A stretch of DNA of 64,000 bases, from the NCBI GenBank assembly GCA_964016885.1, contig OZ024758.1, positions 26,784,001-26,848,000 on the forward strand, read 5' to 3'. This stretch comes from Eledone cirrhosa (Eukaryota). Every line of letters starts with the position of its first letter. Positions within the stretch are counted from its first letter, which is position 1. Positions 59,341-64,000 of the stretch are shown in pieces. The notes beneath the pieces were generated by a model. That model searched no databases. It was not told where the DNA came from and saw only the letters and a program-made list of their open reading frames with translations. A program made the position numbers and the translations under genes.

Positions 59341-59655
59341 TATTATTCTTTGAGTCTCAGTCATTGATGTTATTTAACTGGAAAGTTTGTTGAAATGAAT
59401 ATCAAGCCGTTACCTGCAGCCTCAGATATTCAGGACGTATCGGAGGGTTCTTGCTGTTCCCAGCAAGCATGCCTTTTGAAGTGTTCCAAAAAACTGGGCT
59501 GGACTAATCTTCTTTAACCATCCTTGGAAACTCTTTGAGATAATACCTGGTGCTCTTATGACAATCGGGACGACCTTGATTTCATGGCAGTTCCAAATCC
59601 TTTTTAACTCCCATTTTAAGTCCTGGTATCGGTTAATTTTCTCCCTCTCCTTTTT
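59331..59655 (-). mobile_element. R4/Dong-like (restriction-like endonuclease) LINE 3' fragment
   Basis: 59655-59422 translates as KKEREKINRYQDLKWELKRIWNCHEIKVVPIVIRAPGIISK..LQKACLLGTARTLRYVLNI*. Short UTR and (TAA)n tail; (TAA)n on both sides. Confidence 0.85.
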
Positions 59656-59670
59656 ATTATTATTATTATT

Positions 59671-59857
59671 GGTGAATTGGCAGTATTGGTAGAGGGTCGG
59701 ACGCCATGCTCTCCAGCATAGAGTTACGTCCCTTTACGGTCTGAGTTCAAATCCCGTCGAGGTTAACTTTGCCTTTCATCCTTACAGGGGTCGATAAAAT
59801 AAAGTACCAGTAATACACTGGGATATAATTGCTGGCCTTGTGCCAAAAGTAGAAACA

Positions 59858-59908
<51 letters not shown>
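59671..59908 (+). mobile_element. SINE family B with long (ATT)n tail
   Basis: Matches B. Confidence 0.9.
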
Positions 59909-59910
<2 letters not shown>

Positions 59911-60293
59911 GGAAGGTGAGGGTGGAGAGAGAAGTGCTATCCCTGGTACATTTGAGGTGGATGAATGTGACGAGAATGGCCCGTGTGGGTGGGCCTACTC
60001 TGACCATGCGCCTATAGGATTTGAGGAGGAGAGCGGTGCTCTCCCCGGGTGCCCTAGAAGCGCAGGGTGGTTCAGGATTGGTGGGGTACCCGAGTCACCC
60101 CTGAGTCGAATTTATTTTGTTATATTTATGCATAGTTTATTCATATATCTTCATTGTTAAATTAGTCTTGCCATTGTGCACTTTTACTCGACCTTATTGT
60201 AAACCCCCACTGTCCTAACCCTAACCCTAACCCCCATTGTCCCTGTCTTTGTATTGTCCCCTACATGTCGGCCCTCGTGGCCAATAAATAAAA

Positions 60294-60325
<32 letters not shown>
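59909..60325 (+). mobile_element. L1/Tx1-like LINE 3' fragment
   Basis: RKVRVEREVLSLVHLRWMNVTRMARVGGPTLTMRL*; ends ggccctcgtggccaataaataaaatc(att)n. Confidence 0.78.
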
Positions 60326-60330
<5 letters not shown>

Positions 60331-60698
60331 TGGAGAGGGAAGTGCTCTCTTCCCAGCATTTGTTGAAAGATGGGTGAGAGAGGCAAGCATAACCCAAGTG
60401 AATGGGTCTGCTCTGAGTTTGCACCTGTAGATTGGAGGTTGAAAACTGGGAGAGGGCACTTGCTCTGGTGGTCAGGGTCACCGTGGCTTTCTTAATGGGC
60501 TTTCTCCATGAGTGTCCCTCGGAAGTTTTCCCGCCGTATTGAGGAATTTTCCTTTGTTTCTTTCTTTTTTTCTTTGTCATTTCTTTTATTATTGTTTTTT
60601 TGTTTTTATATATATACACGCAGAAATGCCCATTTATACCGTCCTGTGCTGTCCTTAATGTTATACTTTATGCCAACCCTTGTGGTCAATAAAGAAAG

Positions 60699-60736
<38 letters not shown>
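60326..60736 (+). mobile_element. L1/Tx1-like LINE 3' fragment, different subfamily
   Basis: RVEREVLSS/AFVERWVREASITQVNGSALSLHL* (one frameshift); ends cccttgtggtcaataaagaaagc(att)n. Confidence 0.72.
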
Positions 60737-60920
60737 GGTATGTGCAGTGTAGTTTTTGCTAATGTTGTTTCTATTGTATTGATAGTACTTTTCGTAATAT
60801 ATGTGCAGACCCAGTAATGTTATCTTTTGTATGTTGTATATATTTGTAAGTCCTGCGGTTTGGGCTATGTATTTGTCTGGGTTTTTTTTAATCATTCCTA
60901 GCGCACCTATTGTTTCTGTT
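60737..60920 (-). mobile_element. Second R4/Dong-like LINE 3' fragment
   Basis: TETIGALGMIKKNPDKYIAQTAGLTNIYNIQKITLLG/AHILRKVLSIQ* (one frameshift), between (TAA)n tracts. Confidence 0.78.
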
Positions 60921-61509
60921 ATATTATTATTATTATTAGGTTAAGAGTATTGTTTTGAAAAGTTCAAGTAGCTCTTGTCAATAAACAAGTTTTGGCAGAT
61001 AGAGTGTTAAGTAAGCAGACACCTCTGTAGCTTTTGCCTTTGTTGATCCACTTGGCCATCAGTGTTGCTTGTTAATGAAACTATGCACGAGTGTACTTAT
61101 AATTCTCACTGTATACATAGCATTGTTGGTGTGTGTTTGTGTGTAGCAATTTGATTCATAATCATCCTACTGCACTCAAACTGTTTCTATTGATATAGGT
61201 TTGTTTATCAGCAGTTACCAAGTGGTATTTGCTCCAGCCAGTGTTAGATTCCCCCCAAAATGTAATATTCTATTTTCTCGACATATCAACATGTTGTTGT
61301 TTTGTTTTTTTTGGTTATGTAAATAAGGATGTTGAAATATTAGCCATGGCTGGGATTGGGGAATAATACCTCTGAACATTACAACTGCGATAATGTTTAT
61401 ATCTATATAAGGTGTATTTTGTTGCTGAACATTGATTTTCAGTTCTGTCTTTTCTGGCTCTCAACTACTTATATGGCAGCGATGTTCAGATTATAAGAGA
61501 TTAACTTTT

Positions 61510-61780
61510 AATGAGCATGTGGTTAGAATGTCTCAGGAAAGAATCGTTGGACAGGTTTTACGGGCGAAACCAACTGACAAGAGACCCCCCCCCCCCGGGG
61601 GTAGACCCCGAGCAAGATGGTTGGATAACATCCATGGGCTTGGCTGGTCATGCTTGGGAATCCAGCAGGATCAGTTGGAGATGGTGGCTTCTGACTGGAC
61701 CCGCTGGAAGGGGTGTTTGAGGACTCTGTGCCCTCGCGACCCTCTCCGAATAAGTGGGTGAAGAAAAGAAGAAAAAAGAC
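61510..61780 (+). mobile_element. 5'-truncated RTE fragment with (GAA)-type tail
   Basis: HVVRMSQERIVGQVLRAKPTDKRP..GRPRARWLDNI..LCPRDP, then gaataagtgggtgaagaaaagaag. Confidence 0.8.
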
Positions 61781-61956
61781 CTTTTAATGATTTGATACAG
61801 AAGCAAGTATCATATAACGGCATTAGATCTTACCACGTCTACTATTACACACCATTAAACACTCTGCTATTTTTATTCTTTATTTCCAGTTTAGTAAAAT
61901 AATAGTTTTAAATGAGAAGTTAGAGAAATAAACCTTATCTGAAACCCTCTGTTTCG

Positions 61957-62288
61957 TTAAAGTACCAGTAATACACTGGGTAATTGCTGGCCTTGTGCCT
62001 AAAGTAGAAACAATTATTTGTATTTGCGGCATTAAGTTACGTCTCTTTACGTTCTGAATTCAAATCCCGCCGAAGTTAGCTTTGCCTTTCATCCTTACGA
62101 GGTCGATAAAATCGACTCTCCCCAAATGATTGTCCTTGTGCCTAAATCAACACCCACCCTTTCCATTCTGAGTTCAAATCCCGCCGAGATTAACTTTGCC
62201 TTTCATCCTTACGGGGTCGATAAAATAAAGTACCAGTAATACACTGGGTAATTGCTGGCCTTGTGCCAAAAGTAGAAACAATTATTAT
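61957..62288 (+). mobile_element. Cluster of three truncated SINE B pieces
   Basis: Tail at 61957-62018, deleted copy at 62030-62145, and a piece at 62165-62288. Confidence 0.8.
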
Positions 62289-62399
62289 ACTAAATCTTAT
62301 GAAATTCTCTTCAATGTCCAAGAGAATATAAAAAAAACAAACACCCTGGTGGGGGTGATGTAATGACAGCTCGGGTGATGGCTTGATAAAGTAATCTTA

Positions 62400-62985
62400 T
62401 TCTGCAGTGTTTGTAGATGTGTTTGAGTGTTTGGTTGTGATTGTACATTTAGTTGTAGGGCCTGTGTGTGTTAGGGTTTACAGTGACAATAAACTGTGCT
62501 TATTGAATGTCATGGTTATCTTCCATTTTAAGTTTGTTTCAGTGTGTAGGTGATCTATTTACAATCCTTAGCTTGTCAACAATCCCACTACACCTCCTGT
62601 GTACCTATATTTTATATTGTGTAAAATATAGAGAGTTTTTACATACTCCTTTTCTGCATACTGAGTATGGATTCTTCTCTGGTAGAAGTAGAGTTTTGTC
62701 TTCTTTCCTACTTACTAAAATTTTGGATTTTGCCAAGTTTGCTCTGAGCGCTTTTGATTCTAATTTCTGTTTCCGCAACTAACAAATCTTTTCTAGCTCA
62801 TCCATGGATTTAGCTGGAAGAATTATGTCGTTAGCATACAGGAGTTCCCAAGGATAGCCGGTCTTAAATTCTTATGTTATAAACACGAGGGGACAGATTT
62901 CAATGCCTCTCGTACTTTACTGACAGTACCTCTGTACATGGCTCATACTGCTATCACAAGCCACTCAGCTACACCCTTAGGGACT
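62400..62985 (-). pseudogene. Decayed relative of the RTE LINE (RT and zinc-finger region)
   Basis: EFKTGYPWELLYANDIILPAKSMDELEKIC*..KSKILVSRKE..PYSVCRKGVCKNS..VHRRCSGI, with stops and deletions. Confidence 0.85.
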
Positions 62986-63399
62986 ACAAATTTGCTGGAA
63001 GCACTATAATGTTGACTAAGGTCTATTGTTACAAATGAGGAAATCCTGGTATTTTGGAGCTCCTGCAGTTTCCCATTCTTTACAAATATGCTCCGATTCT
63101 CGTTAGGATATTGAGCTCTTTGGTAGCGCTTCTTTAAACATTACATTTCAAATAATCAAGTCTACCAATTGCATAATGAATTTCAAGTGGTTGTTGACAT
63201 AAAGCGTCTGTAACAATATGTGCAGTCCTGACCCCGTTAGTCAGCTGTCTTTATGGTGTAACTTGGGCTGCTTTAACCTCATTAGGATCTGAGTCATGGC
63301 TATATTTACTCTCAGAAAGTTGCTTCACTTCCAAATCTGTGTGAGAACAACCTTTGCCAAAAAACAAGTGAATTCATTTGACAACATCCCTTTTGTATT

Positions 63400-64000
63400 T
63401 GTGTACTGTTGGGTAGTTTGGTGTCTTGGTGTACTTTTATGTAGTTTGGTGCACTGTTGGATGGTTTGGTGTACTGTTGGATGGTTTGGTGTACTGTTAG
63501 ATGGTTTGGTGCACTGTTGGATGGTTTAGTGTATTGTTGGATGGTTTGGTGTACTGTTAGATGGTTTGGTGTACTGTTGGATGGTTTAGTGTACTGTTGG
63601 ATGGTTTGGTGTATTGTTGGATGGTTTGGTGTACTGTTGTGTGGTTTGGTGTACTGTTGGATGGTTTGATGTACTGTTGGATGGTTTGGTGTACTGTTGG
63701 ATGGTTTGGTGTACTGTTAGATGGTTTGGTGTACTGTTAGATGGTTTGGTGTACTGTTGGATGGTTTGGTGTATTGTTGGATGGTTTGGTGTACTGTTAG
63801 ATGGTTTGGTGTACTGTTGGATGGTTTAGTGTACTGTTGGATGGTTTGGTGTACTGTTGTGTGGTTTGGTGTACTGTTGGATGGTTTGGTGTACTGTTGT
63901 GTGGTTTGGTGTACTGTTGGATGGTTTGGTGTACTGTTGGATGGTTTGGTGCACTGTTGGATGGTTTGATGCACTGTTGGATGGTTTGGTGCACTGTTGG
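63400..64000. repeat. 20-bp minisatellite running off the window end
   Basis: Unit atggtttggtgtactgttgg. Confidence 0.95.

Overview
This is eukaryotic, AT-rich, repeat-saturated non-genic DNA. I recognise no host protein-coding exon, rRNA, true tRNA or CRISPR array. The repeat content suggests an octopus or other coleoid cephalopod genome (inference from recalled repeat families, not a database hit). The only long genuine CDS is an uninterrupted 1038-aa RTE-clade LINE ORF (22664-25780, minus) with AP endonuclease, reverse transcriptase and a C4HC3 PHD-like finger inside the RT. A near-identical 5'-truncated copy lies at 49961-50434. Around it are at least four tRNA-headed SINE families (my labels A-D), fragments of other RTE, R4/Dong-like and L1/Tx1-like LINEs, MITEs (Tc1/mariner/pogo, hAT, piggyBac-like), one non-autonomous Helitron, many minisatellites and kb-long (TA)n tracts. 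Most notable: (1) three separate tandem arrays (48, 49, 51 bp units) grown from one homologous module of the RTE 3' UTR; (2) a type I hammerhead-ribozyme fold with a variant core in a Penelope-like terminal segment (36199-36274); (3) two SINE/LINE tail partnerships visible within the window; (4) a pile-up of nine retroinsertions in an (ATT)n tract; (5) filled/empty paralogous sites that reveal target duplications. Element boundaries were read by eye and may be off by some bases. Most ORFs in the supplied track are artefacts of simple repeats.
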